This document shows positions 36,966-49,697 of a DNA stretch of 64,000 bases, piece after piece. The notes beneath the pieces were generated by a model. It worked only from the letters and a program-made list of their open reading frames with translations. It made no database searches and was not told the origin of the DNA. The first letter of the stretch is position 1, and each line of letters starts with the position of its first letter. This DNA is from Macrostomum lignano (lineage: Eukaryota): NCBI GenBank assembly GCA_002269645.1, contig NIVC01000690.1, positions 372,001-436,000 on the forward strand. The letters are read 5' to 3'. Both the position numbers and the translations under genes were made by a program.

Positions 36966-38183
36966 TAGCGAATTCTATTGCGTTGGTTTTAGAATTAGAG
37001 GAAAAAATAATTATATCATTGTGGTCTATTTTCTTCTAAATAAAACACTGCAGAATGTCCAGGTATTAAGGCTAGCTTTTTTCGATAAATTAGAATCGCA
37101 AAGACACCTTACGTTGAAGGCACTTGGCATGCTTTAATAGTCGCAGGATGAAAAGAAAACGTAGTAAGGTTTTCACTGTATTTTCGTCAACCTTATCACA
37201 AAAACAATTTTCTCTTGATCGCCTCTTATTTTGATATAAGATTATATACGAGTACTTGAAATTTCCGCGTTTGAATGCGTAAAATTCACTCACCCTTCGC
37301 CCTCACAGAGTTTAGATCACTTTAGCCTTGCCGCAAATAATGCATTTTGCCCCATTTTTATTACTAGCCTAGTAGATACAAACAAAATATTAACTTTAGT
37401 AGACCGACATTTTTCGTCAATCTCTGTTTAACATAAACCAAAAAATTTTCCGCAAGAAAAAAGGTTTTGTTTTATTGATTTGCGTTCAAATTAGATGTCG
37501 TCTAAAATGTTTTCTGCGCAACATATCGGCGATTGATTCGACCAAGGTTTTTAGCCGCTCTGTTAAAAATCGATTAAGTTAGGGTCTAATTTTTTTCTGG
37601 AACCGTCTAAGAGCCCGCTCTCCCAGTTAAAAGTGCATTGATGAAGAGGCCGATGGGGAATTGAAAAAAAGCTTGAGCTGTGTTTGAATAAGAAAAAAAC
37701 TTCAGCCTACATGGCGTTGCAAAATTTTTCTGAAGCCGCCAGCCTTCAGTTTTCTCATTTCGCCATATATCGGGGCCAGTTTATGTGGACAACTAATTTT
37801 TGAAGTGTGCGAGAAAAATGTTTTAAGAACGTGCTTTAGAGGAAGTTTTCCCTTCCTTTATCCCTATGCCAGCCAAATTATTTGTCGGCTACAGTAAGAA
37901 GCGTCGCTTTAGGATGAGATTTAAGAGAAGTTGAGATTTAGAAGAATAATAAAAACTAAAAAGAATATTCGGTATTTTAGGACATGCAAGTTTACTCGTA
38001 AAATCTGCGTAAAAATTAGTGTCCCAGCACGATTTGGGTATGGTCGCAATTAAAATCTAGATATACATTGTGTTTTAAAGCTTGGCTTTTTTATCGCACG
38101 GTATAAGGGGAGAATTATTAATCATTTCTGTAAATTATTCAGCATTAATACCAGTCGAGTCTTTCATAACCATCGATCGCTAT

Positions 38184-39020
38184 TCAGCCAGTCAGTATTC
38201 GCATCTGCACTCTCTGCATTGCTCCTCGAACTTCTTGACGACGTTGAAGGCCCAATTGCGCGGCCCTGCCGGCGCAGGTTTGCCGAAACTCCGGCACAAA
38301 TCGGGCATAGACGCACAGATTGCACACCGAATCGAGTAGGACGCACAATTCCACGCAAAATTGGAACGCTTTGCCACCGGGACTGGCCACGGGAAAGTTC
38401 GTGGCGTTCTGCAGAACTGTGCCCACGAATGCAGGAGTGTGCAGCGCGGTGAACACTATCGCCATGCATAGCACGGTACAGCTGGCGTTCAGTCGATTCC
38501 GGCGTCCATTCCGCTGGCTGTCTTCGACGTTGCTGTGCTGATGCCTTCGTCGGTGGTGCCGCATCATTCCAAACACCATTGCCACTGTGAAAGACAGCAC
38601 TAGAGTTACTGGCACGGCCGTTTGGTAAAGAAAATAGGCGCATATTTCGAACGGTTTAAACCAGGCGTAGTTCAGCAGTAGGTTAAATGGACTCCAGTCA
38701 TTGCCGGATGTTGGTTCCTTGCCGGTCTCAGCCCTTGGGACGGAAGGCACTCCGATGTGACCATAAACGTCGGAATCATCGTTGCTGTCGCCGTGACAAA
38801 CTACGAACGCTTCGGCGAATGAACGAACTATGCTTAGCGCCAGACCGATAAGCCAGGATACGACCAAGCAGAGTAGAAAGTTTTTACGTCTCAACAGTTT
38901 TCGAGCTCTAAACGGTCTAGCCAGGGCTTCAGTTCGTTGCGCTGTTACTAGAACGTTGCACCAGTTGCGCAGACTTAGGAAGCTGTCTCCAAGGCAACAA
39001 ACAAAACCAGCAAGCAGAAC
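38184..39020 (-). CDS. Class A (rhodopsin-like) GPCR, exon 2, nested antisense in dynein intron 4
   Basis: TM3 with QRT in place of DRY, then ALARPF; TM4-7; LHTP in TM6; DSVCNLCVY in TM7; stop at 38184; acceptor TTCAG, phase 0. Confidence 0.85.
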   Translation of the reverse strand, partial: VLLAGFVCCLGDSFLSLRNWCNVLVTAQRTEALARPFRARKLLRRKNFLLCLVVSWLIGLALSIVRSFAEAFVVCHGDSNDDSDVYGHIGVPSVPRAETGKEPTSGNDWSPFNLLLNYAWFKPFEICAYFLYQTAVPVTLVLSFTVAMVFGMMRHHRRRHQHSNVEDSQRNGRRNRLNASCTVLCMAIVFTALHTPAFVGTVLQNATNFPVASPGGKAFQFCVELCVLLDSVCNLCVYARFVPEFRQTCAGRAAQLGLQRRQEVRGAMQRVQMRILTG

Positions 39021-39087
39021 CTGAATGAATATTTTTAGCGGTTCAACTCAGAACTTGAGCGATTTAATAATGAAAAACTAGATTTAC

Positions 39088-39453
39088 CTGTGGATGAGCC
39101 TCAATGTTCGTCCAGTACATGCAAGCGCCGCTAAGCACATTGATAAAATCTATATTGGCGCAAGACAAGTATAAACATTGGGTAACTGTCAGAGAAACTA
39201 AAGAGCACCGGAAGTCAGTGGATCTCCTTCGGGGAGCTCGAAGAAACACGACCAGGGTTGCCAAGGTGAGCAGCAGAGCCAGGCTAGACACTGGGAGTAA
39301 AGCCATAGACATCTTGATGTCGGTCGAGTCGCAGTAACTAGCCAGTTGCGGCCGATCTGACTGATGTCTGCTCGTGTTGATAATCTGGAAAAGAGTGGCG
39401 CACGAGCTGAGATTTCTATGAAGACTGCGGCGATAAAGAGCGCCCTCGAACAT
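39088..39453 (-). CDS. Class A GPCR, exon 1
   Basis: First in-frame ATG at 39453; NLS and NTS sequons; TM1 and TM2; donor CAG|GTAAAT; 67-bp intron 39021-39087; joined product 400 aa. Confidence 0.8.
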
Positions 39454-40144
39454 GACTGGAAACTGATCCGATGTACACTGAAATTGAAGCAACCGAATAC
39501 AGGAATTTGTGGCGCAGTTCGGCCTGCATCGGTTATCCGGCTAGAAAACTTTTTTATAGTTCTCCCCAGCTTGTTTCCAGCAATTAGCAAGGCATGATTG
39601 GTAGGATTTTTATTCGCCATAAGCGAATGCACTGGCATGCGTCGGGCTGGTCTCTCTGGCTCCATTTTTTAAAGTGGCTTAGAAAATTCTGAGGCTGGCC
39701 CAGTGCTATCAAAATATCTTGAATTAAAATTGAAATTTTGTGCAGTTATTTTCCACTCAGACTCGGTTTTTTCCGATAGAACTTTTCGTTAGCTAAGTGA
39801 CTACCTTTTTTTCATGGCAGTTTTGCGTGCGCTTTAAGTGCTCAAGGGAATACGAGCGTAGGTTACGGGACATTGTACCCCTTGTACTTAATCCCAGAGT
39901 CTTGCCTCTATGAAGTTATTTGCAAGCTGAATATATTTTATAGCGCGAAGCAAGAATTCGCATGCACATGCGATACTGCTTTTAGCCATTTAAAAAGGCG
40001 CCATTGCTTTTTCACTTTTTTGTTGTGGAACTCATGCTTTGACTTTATAGGTTCCTTTGATGTTGTTCGGGTTCACATGTGTTTACTAAAGTGTCTGATA
40101 AATCATTGGTTCATGCCTACCTAAACAAATCATTTCACACCTAG

Positions 40145-41088
40145 ACTGTTTCTGACAAAGCACCTGTACGCCGCCAATGAAGTTCTGCAAGGCTGTTTGT
40201 CTCACGTTCAGCAATTGTGCGAGGCGGCGTGTCCAAGAGCTGCATCGATGCAGCAGCAGCAGCAGCTCAATCAGTCCTCTGCTTCTCCAGGCATTGCGCT
40301 GCTCGTTTTAAACCCGAACGAGCCCTTACCGCTCGATGAATTCCTGGATAGGCAGGCCACTCAACGTCAACTAGGCGCGAAAGCTATCGTCGCGTTGCGC
40401 CAGACCATCGTCGAGTTGGCTTACGAGTCCTGCGCCGTAGTGGCCGAAATGGAGGGCATCACAACTGGCATCCGGGATCCCCCAAGACCCTTCCGACTGT
40501 CTGCCGAACGCGTAGCCGATTTGACTCTGCCGCCGGGCGCTTCATCTGCGTCGCCTCGACGATCGACCGCCGAACCGTCTTACGCTGAGCGCGGCCAGTG
40601 GAAGAAGATTCTGCGCCGGCTGTGCGAGTTTCTGCGTCTACTCGACTGCCAGGTGATGGACCTGCTGCACCGCTTGGTACTGCGCGACGTACGCCGCCTA
40701 GTGGACTTTCTTGGCGCCTCCTGCGTCGAAGGCGAACGACTAGCAACCGAGGCTGAGCGACGTCGACTGGCGAATCAAAGAAACAGCGCCATGGAATTTG
40801 ATAGCGACGGCGAAACTGATGCGGGGGTTAAGGAGCCTGTGGACAAGCGCCCTCCAGCTCAGGCCCAGCCTGGCGCCGACGACGGCATTCCACGATTCGA
40901 TTTCGAGCGTCGACCGGAGGTTCAAGTACCGCCCGATCCTGACGCCGTGCTGGCCGCTGTGAAAGCTCAGCGTCAGGTCACACGACCGCCTGAGGCTGCG
41001 CTTAAGTTGCGACTGCAGCTCGACTTTGTAGCTGCGGCTGAGGCGGCGGCGGCGGCTGCTGCTGCTGATGCTAGAGGGGCCGTTGATA
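40145..41088 (+). CDS. DNAH14: Dynein heavy chain exon 5
   Basis: LFLTKHLYAANEVLQ...EFLDRQ...LRRLCEFLRLLD; phase 2/1. Confidence 0.88.
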
Positions 41089-41735
41089 GTAAGTTTTATT
41101 GACTATAATAATCCATATAATCTCTATGCCTGATGTAGTTGATTTGAAGAAAGAAGCTTTCTCTTTGGAGAATAAATTTACGATGCTTATTATTTTTGTC
41201 GTAAACAAAAAATGGTAAAAACCCTAAAGTTGTGCCAACGTTATTGTCTCATTAAAATTGCTTAATATATGGCGATTTTGTTGAGTGGCATTTACCCGCA
41301 CAAAAAAATTCATAAATAGAAATTTGTTGTGTTCAGCCTAGGCATTATTGCTTTTTGTCGCATTATTCAGTCTAGCTTTAGGGATTGGCACACTTTCTGG
41401 AGGCAAAGGTTCACGGGACAAATAACATACGAGTGCGCATAGGCCTAGTAGATTCTTGCGTAGCTAAATAAGCGCTTTCCTGTTAAGTATAGATCACAGA
41501 TATTGCTTCGCAATTTCATTTGTAAGCAATAGCGTCTATGTTTTTCCTTTTCGTCTTTTAGAGTTTCATTGCAGAAAATTTCAGTATTCACTAATACTGT
41601 ACTTTGGAAGCGAAAATTAGGTACGAGTACGACTGTTATTATGGTTATGTTATCGTCATGTTATGCTAGGTAATTCTATGTTATGTTAAGAGTACGTTTT
41701 CGTAAAAATTACCCGTATTTCTTGCTCTCCCTCAG

Positions 41736-43191
41736 AGCCGGCCTCCGCCAAAGCCAGCCAACGTCGACGGCAGACCACGGCCACCTCATCGTCAATTTCA
41801 TTTGGCGGCGTTGGCGCTTCAACTTTTGCCGACGCGGACAGCAACGCTGCTAACGAAGACGACGATCTACAGGATGAAGACGTCAACGAAGACGATGGGA
41901 GCGATGGAACCTCGTCTGAGACCGACGACAATCAGGACGAAGACGACGATGACAACGAGAAGGCGTCGAGACACGGGGACGACGCTCCGGAAGAGAAAAT
42001 GGGTAGCAAGGATCTTCGCGCCCTGCCGGTCACTAAGCCCGAGCATTCCGAGCTTCGAATGCGCCTAACGGAGCTCGTCTCAGCCACCGAGCAGTGCGCA
42101 CTCGAAGCGCCCAGTCTGCTAAAATGCGACCGACTGCGCGTGTTCGACTATCGCAAATACGACAAGCGACAGTCGCAGTCAAGACCAGCTTCCGGCGCGT
42201 CTGCCGACAACAAATCCGTTGCCGATGAGGAAGACAAAGACGACGAGACGGTGGCCACTCTCGGTGGCGACATGACCTGGCCGAATCGTCAGCTGCTCTT
42301 CGACAGCGATGCGGCGCATCAGGCGGCTCTGTCGGAGCTGAACAGCACCGTCGACCGATCAGAGTCGAACGTGGCCGCTTTCGCTCGCCAGTTTATCCGT
42401 TTCTGCGGCATGGTGGACACAGCTAAGCAGTTGGACGTTCACAAGGCTAACGCTAAGCGTCCCTGGCAGACGGAAGATTTTCATCGGGCGCTGCTAACCT
42501 TCACCGAGCACGTTTCGGCTATGAAAGCCATGGTGCCAGAGCAGCGCGTAGATTTTGTTAGCGTATCAACCGAAGATTTCGCTTCGTCGTGTCTGCCGCA
42601 CCCGTCTCGAGTGCTGGGACAGATCAGCGAAATCCTGCCACGGCAGGCTCATGCCAGAAACGTTTCCCTGCTTAACCACGTGCACGACGCATCGAAACGG
42701 TTGGACATCACGCCGGACAACGTCGAACAGTTTGTCGATCATTTGACCTTCTTAAACAAGACGGCCACCGAGCTGCCCGCTATGGAAAAAGAGTTCCTAG
42801 TCGTTAATAGAATGTTTACCATCGCCAGAGATTTCGGTGTACAGTTGGAAGCCGAAAGCATGGCTCTGTACAAAACTCTGGGACCGAGCTACCAACGATT
42901 GAAGAACATCGTCATGTACCACGAGGCCAAGAAGGAAGAAAGTGTGCAACGCTTCAGCGCTGACCTGGAGAGCCTCATCAACAAGATTAGGAACGAGATC
43001 ACCGACCTGAGAGTGGAGGTCAATCAGCCCATGTTTCTGAGCCGAGCCACCGCAGAGAAAACTGCGGTCGAAGCGATCCGCGAGCTCCAAGAGAAAGTCG
43101 GCGGACTGAGCATCAAAGCGCGCAGCTACGCCTCATATCAGGAGCGATTCGGCAGCCAGGCCCAGGCTAGACAAGCTCGCTTCTTCTCCGA
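41736..43191 (+). CDS. DNAH14: Dynein heavy chain exon 6 (stem, acidic insertion)
   Basis: Open 1456 bp; PDNVEQFVDHLTFL; phase 1/2. Confidence 0.9.
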
Positions 43192-43261
43192 GTGAGTGAA
43201 TGCTCAAGATAATTCTAAATCCCACTTTTTTTTCGATCCCACATCTCAGGATCTGAGATTT

Positions 43262-43652
43262 TAGGATTCCAGATGCCACATTCCCAGATGCCACATCCCC
43301 AGATGCCACATTCCCAGATGCCACATCCCCAGATGCCACATCCCCAGATGCCACATCCCCAGATGCCACATCCCCAGATGCCACATCCCCAGATGCCACA
43401 TCCCCAGATGCCACATCCCCAGATGCCACATCCCCAGATGCCACATCCCCAGATGCCACATCCCCAGATGCCACATCCCCAGATGCCACATCCCCAGATG
43501 CCACATCCCCAGATGCCACATCCCCAGATGCCACATCCCCAGATGCCACATCCCCAGATGCCACATCCCCAGATGCCACATCCCCAGATGCCACATCCCC
43601 AGATGCCACATCCCCAGATGCCACATCCCCAGATGCCACATCGCCAGATGCC
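43262..43652. repeat. 15-bp minisatellite (CCACATCCCCAGATG), dynein intron 6
   Basis: Near-perfect units filling most of the intron. Confidence 0.97.
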
Positions 43653-43684
43653 ACACCCCTCTTGCTTACCGCATCCGCCCGCAG

Positions 43685-44093
43685 AGACTCCGGAGGTGCC
43701 AGCAGCACGGCCAAAGCGATTCAGCAGGAGCTGGCTGAGCTGGAGCGCGACCTCACGCTGCGCCGCCTACTCTGGGACAGCCTGGAGGAATGGCGCCAGC
43801 TGCACAAGGAGCTGGAGCTGACGCCACTGCACCAGCTGAACGTGGACAGTCTACAGAAGAGCGTCGCCAAGTTCACCCAGACAGTCTTCATGCTAGAGAA
43901 AGGCCTGCCTCATAACGACGTTCTGCCGCACCTCAAGGAGGAGGTTATGGAGTTCAAAACCGGGATGCCGGTTGTGCTGGCGCTTAGGAATCCAAATTTG
44001 AAGCCGCGGCATTGGAAAGATATTGACGACGTTGTGCAGAAGAATATCAGCCAGGATGAGCTGTTGACCTTGGTGGATCTTATCGAGACAAAT
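43685..44093 (+). CDS. DNAH14: Dynein heavy chain exon 7 (start of DHC_N2)
   Basis: LRNPNLKPRHWKDI; phase 2/0. Confidence 0.93.
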
Positions 44094-44159
44094 GTGAGTG
44101 CGGTGGCTTGGTGATGATGCGCGATGGTTGTTTGGCCTTGATTTTTTGTTTGATGTGGC

Positions 44160-44440
44160 ATAATGGAATGACGGGATGGGATCATTGGAGGATGGGATGA
44201 TGGGAAGAGAAGATTCTAGAATTGTGGGATGATGCATGGAATGGTTGGAGGATGGGATGATAAGATGATGGGATGATGGAATGATTAGATTATGGGATGA
44301 TGGGTTGATAGGATGATTGGATGCTGGGATGATGGATGATGGGATGACTGGAGGATGGGATGATAAAATGATGGAATGATAGAAGTATGGGTTGATTAGA
44401 TAATGGAATTACGGGATGAGATGATTGGATGATGGAATAA
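44160..44440. repeat. Degenerate GGGATGAT-type repeat, dynein intron 7
   Basis: Low-complexity G/A/T repeat. Confidence 0.7.
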
Positions 44441-44548
44441 ATATTGAGGATGTAGGAGCCTTGGATATGCATGATGAATGAATCATGTCTCCAGGATAAC
44501 GGAAACGTTAATTCCAAACTCGACCCTCTCTTCCCCAAAACCCGCCAG

Positions 44549-45306
44549 GTGCTTCGGCATCGCAACACAATCCAAGAGATTTCCACGACTGCTAGCAACG
44601 AGGCCACTCTGGAGCAGATGCTGCGCAAAGTGGTGGAGCTCTGGCAGAGCACCGAATTCCGGCTTGTCAGTCATCAAGCTCGCGGCACCTGGATCGTGTC
44701 CGGTGCCGAGGACATCCAAGCGCAGCTGGAGGAGTCGCAGCTTACAGTCGGCACCATCCGGTCGTCGCGATACGTCGGACCGATTCGCAACCAAGTGGAA
44801 GAGTGGGAGCGCAGGCTGAACCTGTTCTCTCGCACCCTGGACGAGTGGATGTCCTGCCAGAGGAACTGGCTCTACCTGGAGCAGGTGTTTCACACGCCTG
44901 ACATTCAACGCCAGCTGCCGGCAGAGTCGAAGGCTTTCGCCTGGGTGGACAAGCAGTGGCAGGAGCTCATGCGCAAGGTTGAGGACCGACCGAACGCGCT
45001 CCGATGCGGAACTTCCGCTGGCACGTTTGAAACTCTTCAACAGTGCAACATCCAGCTGGACAAGGTGCAGAAATGCCTGGAAGACTACCTGGAAACTAAA
45101 CGACTTATCTTTCCCAGATTTTATTTCCTTAGCAATGACGAACTGTTGGACATCCTAGCGCAGGCCAAGAATTTTGATGCCGTACAGCCGCACCTGCCGA
45201 AGCTGTTTAGCAACGTGAAGCAGCTGGACATTCGCCAGTTGCCAAGGCAACCGCCCACAGTGTTCAATATGGCCAGCGCTGAGGGGGAAATTATGAGCAT
45301 GCCAAA
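44549..45306 (+). CDS. DNAH14: Dynein heavy chain exon 8 (DHC_N2 linker)
   Basis: CQRNWLYLEQVFH...DIQRQLPAE...YLETKRLIFPRFYFLSNDELLDILA; phase 0/2. Confidence 0.96.
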
Positions 45307-45413
45307 GTGAGTTGTGACGTCGAATTAAAGTAGAATGATGACGGAAAACTGCTTTTCTTAGAAAAAAATGATGTCTGACTTTAAGCGATAAATACTTTAC
45401 CAAGACAAAAAAT

Positions 45414-45720
45414 GGTTATAGCCTAGTGGTTAGAGCGTCGGATTCACGGCTAAAAGGTCGGGGGTTCGATTCTCGATCCTACTCGGAACAATTTGAGTCC
45501 TTGAGCAAGACACTTAACTCTGCATTGCTTCAGTTCATTCAGCTGTAAAATGGGTGCCAGCATTAGCTGGGGTAATTGAGGGTGCGTGGCGACCCCCCAG
45601 TCCTTGGACTGAACAGCCGTACGCAGCCTTCAGATGCGCCGCGCAATAGCTGCGGCTGAGCTGTCGGTTGCACATCTGCCTATTAGGGCAGGGACTATTA
45701 ATTATTATAAATAGTTATTA
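45414..45720 (+). mobile_element. tRNA-derived CORE-type SINE, copy 2
   Basis: Closely similar to 7103-7430 over head, core and 3' body; AT-rich tail. Confidence 0.85.
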
Positions 45721-45928
45721 CTTTCTTTGAAAAACTTGTACATGTATCCGTCTAGAGGTCAGTAATTATTGTAAAAAGTCGTATTATCTTAATATTAGCA
45801 TTTGGTCTGCGTTTTTACGTCTAAAACCAGTCTTCATAGTCTTTCCAAGAAACAAAGATTCATCTAAAATGCTGTTTTTGCTCTAAAACCGAAACGATTT
45901 TAAAATCGAATGGCACTCTGAATTGCAG

Positions 45929-46003
45929 AAATCTGCGCGCAAGAGGCGCAGTGGAGCAGTGGCTTGGCAGCGTCGAGGGCGGAATGTTCGACACCGTGAA
46001 GAA
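45929..46003 (+). CDS. DNAH14: Dynein heavy chain exon 9
   Basis: NLRARGAVEQWLGSVEGGMFDTVK; phase 2/2; too short for the ORF track. Confidence 0.92.
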
Positions 46004-46149
46004 GTGAGCAATTTTGGGACAGTGTTTTATTTAACTAATTGCTTGTACTTTGCTTTGAGCAAACATTATCCTAACGTTTAGTTTAGTCTGGGAATGACTG
46101 AAGATATTCTTATTATGGAATATTTTTAAAGTGCGAGAGATTAATCAAG

Positions 46150-46800
46150 GTGTGGGATTTCTAAGATGTGAGATTCTCCAAGGTTTAAGATTCCTAAGGT
46201 GTGAGATTCCTAAGGTGTGAGATTCCTAAGTTGGGAGATTCCTAAGGTGTGAGATTCCTAAGTTGGGAGATTCCTAAGGTGTGAGATTCCTAAGTTGGGA
46301 GATTCTAAGGTGTGAGATTCCTAAGGTGTGAGATTCCTAAGTTGGGAGATTCCTAAGGTGTGAGATTCCTAAGTTGGGAGATTCTAAGGTGTGAGATTCC
46401 TAAGGTGTGAGATTCCTTAAGTGTGAGATTCCTAAGTTGGGAGATTCCTTAGGTGTGGGATTCCTAAGTTGGGAGATTCCTAAGGTGTGAGATTCCTAAG
46501 TTGAGAGATTCCTAAGGTGTGAGATTCCTAAGGTGTGAGATTCCTAAGGTGTGAGATTCCTAAGGTGTGAGATTCCTAAGGTGTGAGATTCCTTAAGTGT
46601 GAGATTCCTACGGTTTGAGATTCCTAAGGTGGTAGATTCCTTAGGTGTGGGATTCCTAAGGTGTGAGATTCCTAAGTTGGTAGATTCCTTAGGTGTGAGA
46701 TTCCTAAGGTGTGAGATTCCTAAGGTGTGAGATTCCTAAGTTGGTAGATTCCTTAGGTGCGAGCTTCCTAAGGTGTGAGATTCTTAGACTGTGAGATTCC
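46150..46800. repeat. 16-bp minisatellite (GAGATTCCTAAGGTGT), dynein intron 9
   Basis: Tandem units. Confidence 0.95.
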
Positions 46801-47027
46801 AAAGGTGAGAGATTTCCAAGGGATTGAAGTCCTATGCTCAGTCTGGGTGATTATCAAAGTATATGAGATTCTTAAGATGTGTGAAGTTTCTAATGTTCGA
46901 GATCTTAAAAAGTGTGAGATTTCTCAAGAATTGAGTTCCTTAATGGGACGTGGTAGTTTGAGTACAATAGCCCCTCCAGACATTGAAAGAATCTAATGCG
47001 TGACAATGCCCAACACAAATCGCCCAG

Positions 47028-47133
47028 GCACATTCGTCAGGGTCTCGCTGAGCACCCAGGCTATGCTGGCAAAGGCGTGAGTCAGCTGCAGAGCTGGCTG
47101 GTTGATCACGCTGGGCAAGTCATCCTGACTGTG
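47028..47133 (+). CDS. DNAH14: Dynein heavy chain exon 10
   Basis: SWLVDHAGQVILTV; phase 2/0. Confidence 0.9.
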
Positions 47134-47274
47134 GTGAGTATTCAAAGTCTAGTGCGCAATCACTGGAAAGTAGCCGAGGGACCAGTATGCTATCCTTTCT
47201 ATTTACCTTGGCACTCCATCTATCGTGACCTATATAGTATTATACAGTCAAGGATGTTAAAAGACCCTCAAGAC

Positions 47275-47660
47275 AAATCTAGAGACCCTGACACCCTATC
47301 TAGAGACCCTGACACCATTTATCTAGAGACCCTGACACCATTTATCTAGAGACCCTGACACCATTTAACTAGAGACCCTGACACCATTTAACTAGAGACC
47401 CTGACACCATTTAACTAGAGACCCTGACACAATTTATCTAGAGACCCTGACACCATTTATCTAGAGACCCTGACACCATTTATCTAGAGGCCCTTACACC
47501 ATTTATCTAGAGACCCTGACACCCTATCTAGAGATTCTGACACCCTATCTAGAGATTCTGACGCCCTATCTAGAGACCCTGACACCCTATCTAGAGACCC
47601 TGACACCCTATCTAGAGACTCTGACACCATTTATCTAGAGACTCTGGCACCCTATCTGAC
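47275..47660. repeat. 23-bp minisatellite (TCTAGAGACCCTGACACCATTTA), dynein intron 10
   Basis: Tandem units ending about 30 bp before the acceptor. Confidence 0.95.
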
Positions 47661-47691
47661 ACCTAACCAGAGACAACAAAATTCATTCCAG

Positions 47692-47942
47692 ACTCAAATA
47701 ATTTTCACCCGAAGCGTCGATGCCGCACTGAACTCGTCAGATCCACACAAAGGTGTCGTGAAATTTTCCATGAGTACAGTCCAGCTGCTCAACCAGGTGG
47801 CCGGGGTGATTTCGGCGCCGCTCAGCGAACACATCCGTCTTGCACTCGAGGCCATGCTGATAGTGAATGTGCACAATCGCGACATCTTAACCAGCTTGGC
47901 AGACAATAAGGTGTCAAGTTCTGAGGATTTCAACTGGAGAAA
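47692..47942 (+). CDS. DNAH14: Dynein heavy chain exon 11
   Basis: ALEAMLIVNVHNRDI...DFNW; phase 0/2. Confidence 0.93.
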
Positions 47943-47994
47943 GTGAGTTGTGTTTAGAAATTGCTTCAATTGCAGCGTAATTGTACTTTTGAGC

Positions 47995-48095
47995 GAGCGC
48001 CCCTTGGTGCTGGCGCCCCTTGGTGCTGGCGCCCCTTGGTGCTGGTGCCCCTTAGTGCTGGCGCCCCTTGGTGCTGGAGCCATTTGGTGCTGGCG
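47995..48095. repeat. Short 16-17-bp repeat (GCGCCCCTTGGTGCTG), dynein intron 11
   Basis: About six units. Confidence 0.8.
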
Positions 48096-48158
48096 CCCCC
48101 CCCCCCCCGATAAAAATCCCAGCTACACCCAGGGACTTATCCCCATTCCAATCTGCAG

Positions 48159-48926
48159 ACAACTTCGCTACCAATGGGACGATGTCAGCAACCAGTGCCA
48201 GGCCCTGCAGGTGGACGCTGTCATCCAATACGGCTACGAGTATCTTGGCTGCGCGCCTCGCCTGGTGCTGACGCCCCTGACAGACCGGTGCTACCTGACC
48301 CTGACAGGCGCTATGAGCCTCCACCTGGGCGGCTGCCCGGCCGGCCCAGCTGGCACTGGCAAGACGGAGACGGTGAAAGACCTCGCCAAGTCAGTGGGCA
48401 AGCACTGCGTTGTGTTCAACTGCTCGGAGGGCCTGGACTACAAGATGCTGGGCAAGCTGTTCAGCGGACTGGCTCAGGCTGGAAGTTGGGCCTGCTTTGA
48501 TGAGTTCAATCGAATCGACATCGAAGTGCTCAGCGTTGTTGCCTCGCAGGTGCAAACAATCAAAGCTGCCAAGGATCAATTGGCTCAACGATTCGTATTC
48601 GAAGGTCGCGAAGTGAAGCTGGACTCGTCGTGCGGCATCTTCATCACGATGAATCCGACTTACGCTGGTCGGGTGGAGCTGCCGGACAATTTGAAATCTC
48701 TGTTCCGTCCAGTCGCAATGATGGTGCCGCACTATGCTCTCATTGCCGAGATTCTGCTGTTCTCTGGCGGATTCCGGTCCGCAAAGATCCTGTCTAGAAA
48801 GATTGTCAATCTGTACGAGTTAACCTCCAAGCAGCTGTCGCAGCAGGACCACTACGATTTCGGTATGCGAGCGATAAAGTACGTCCTGGTGATGGCCGGC
48901 CAGATGCGGATGAAAGCGCAGCAGGG
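48159..48926 (+). CDS. DNAH14: Dynein heavy chain exon 12 (AAA1)
   Basis: YGYEYLG...[14 protein letters not shown]...CFDEFNRI...[21 protein letters not shown]; phase 2/2. Confidence 0.98.
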
Positions 48927-49149
48927 GTGAGTGCTGTTTCAAATTTAACCTGTTGAAAATTACTAGCTCGTACGGATCTACGCAATTGAGTTCACGAATA
49001 GTTTTTAACAGATTAGGGCAAGCAGCTTTGCGGTCAACGTGTCTGACTTTTTCGCGCCACACGACCCCTAGCTGGTTCGGTTCCTCGAGAATTTCCTTAA
49101 CGGTGGGACCAATTTAAGGACAATTGCTTGAACGGATTATTAAAGACAG

Positions 49150-49418
49150 TAAAGGACAAGCAAAGTGATAAAAAGCCATCCAATGTGAGAATTTATTGGT
49201 CTTTTAAAACTTTGCTTGTCCTTTATAGTCTATGGCTCATAGACTAGGCTGGACGCAGCTAGGCCCTTCGTATTCAGCGTAGGAAGGATTCTCACATTGG
49301 ATGGCTTTTTATCACTTTGCTTATCCTTTATAGTCTATGGCTCATAGACTAAGGCTGCACGCAGCCAGGCCCTTCGCAGTCAGCGTAGGCAGGATTCTCA
49401 CTTTGGATGGCTTTATTC
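49150..49418. repeat. Two 105-bp direct repeats with hairpins, preceded by an inverted partial copy
   Basis: Units at 49209 and 49314; 49150-49192 is the reverse complement of 49288-49330. Confidence 0.8.
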
Positions 49419-49440
49419 TCAGTTAGGCTGACAAAACCTA

Positions 49441-49697
49441 TATTACACCTTTTCGCGTTCAATTTTGATCAAAGTCCAATTCTAAAAAAACTAGCGGAAA
49501 TTCAATTCTGACAATTCAGACTGGGGCAACGCTTACGAAAAATCAATAAAAACAAACCCCAGTTCTAAACATTCTGCCACCGAAGCAAGGTTTAGCCATA
49601 GACAAAATTGTCCCCAGTCTGAATAGTCTGAATTGAATTTCCGCTAGTCTTTTTAGAACTGGACTTTGATCAAAATTGAACGTGAAAAGGTGTAGTA
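49441..49697. mobile_element. MITE with long (about 85-bp) terminal inverted repeats
   Basis: TACACCTTTTCGCGTTCAATTTTGATCAAAGTCC... mirrored by ...GGACTTTGATCAAAATTGAACGTGAAAAGGTGTA. Confidence 0.85.

Noticed and set aside
43133-43821. VASGD, MWHLG and MPHPQ repeat ORFs
   Set aside because: Three frames of a 15-bp intronic array.
45414-45485. Functional tRNA gene
   Set aside because: A and B boxes are present, but acceptor and anticodon stems pair poorly and the sequence continues into a SINE body shared with 7103.
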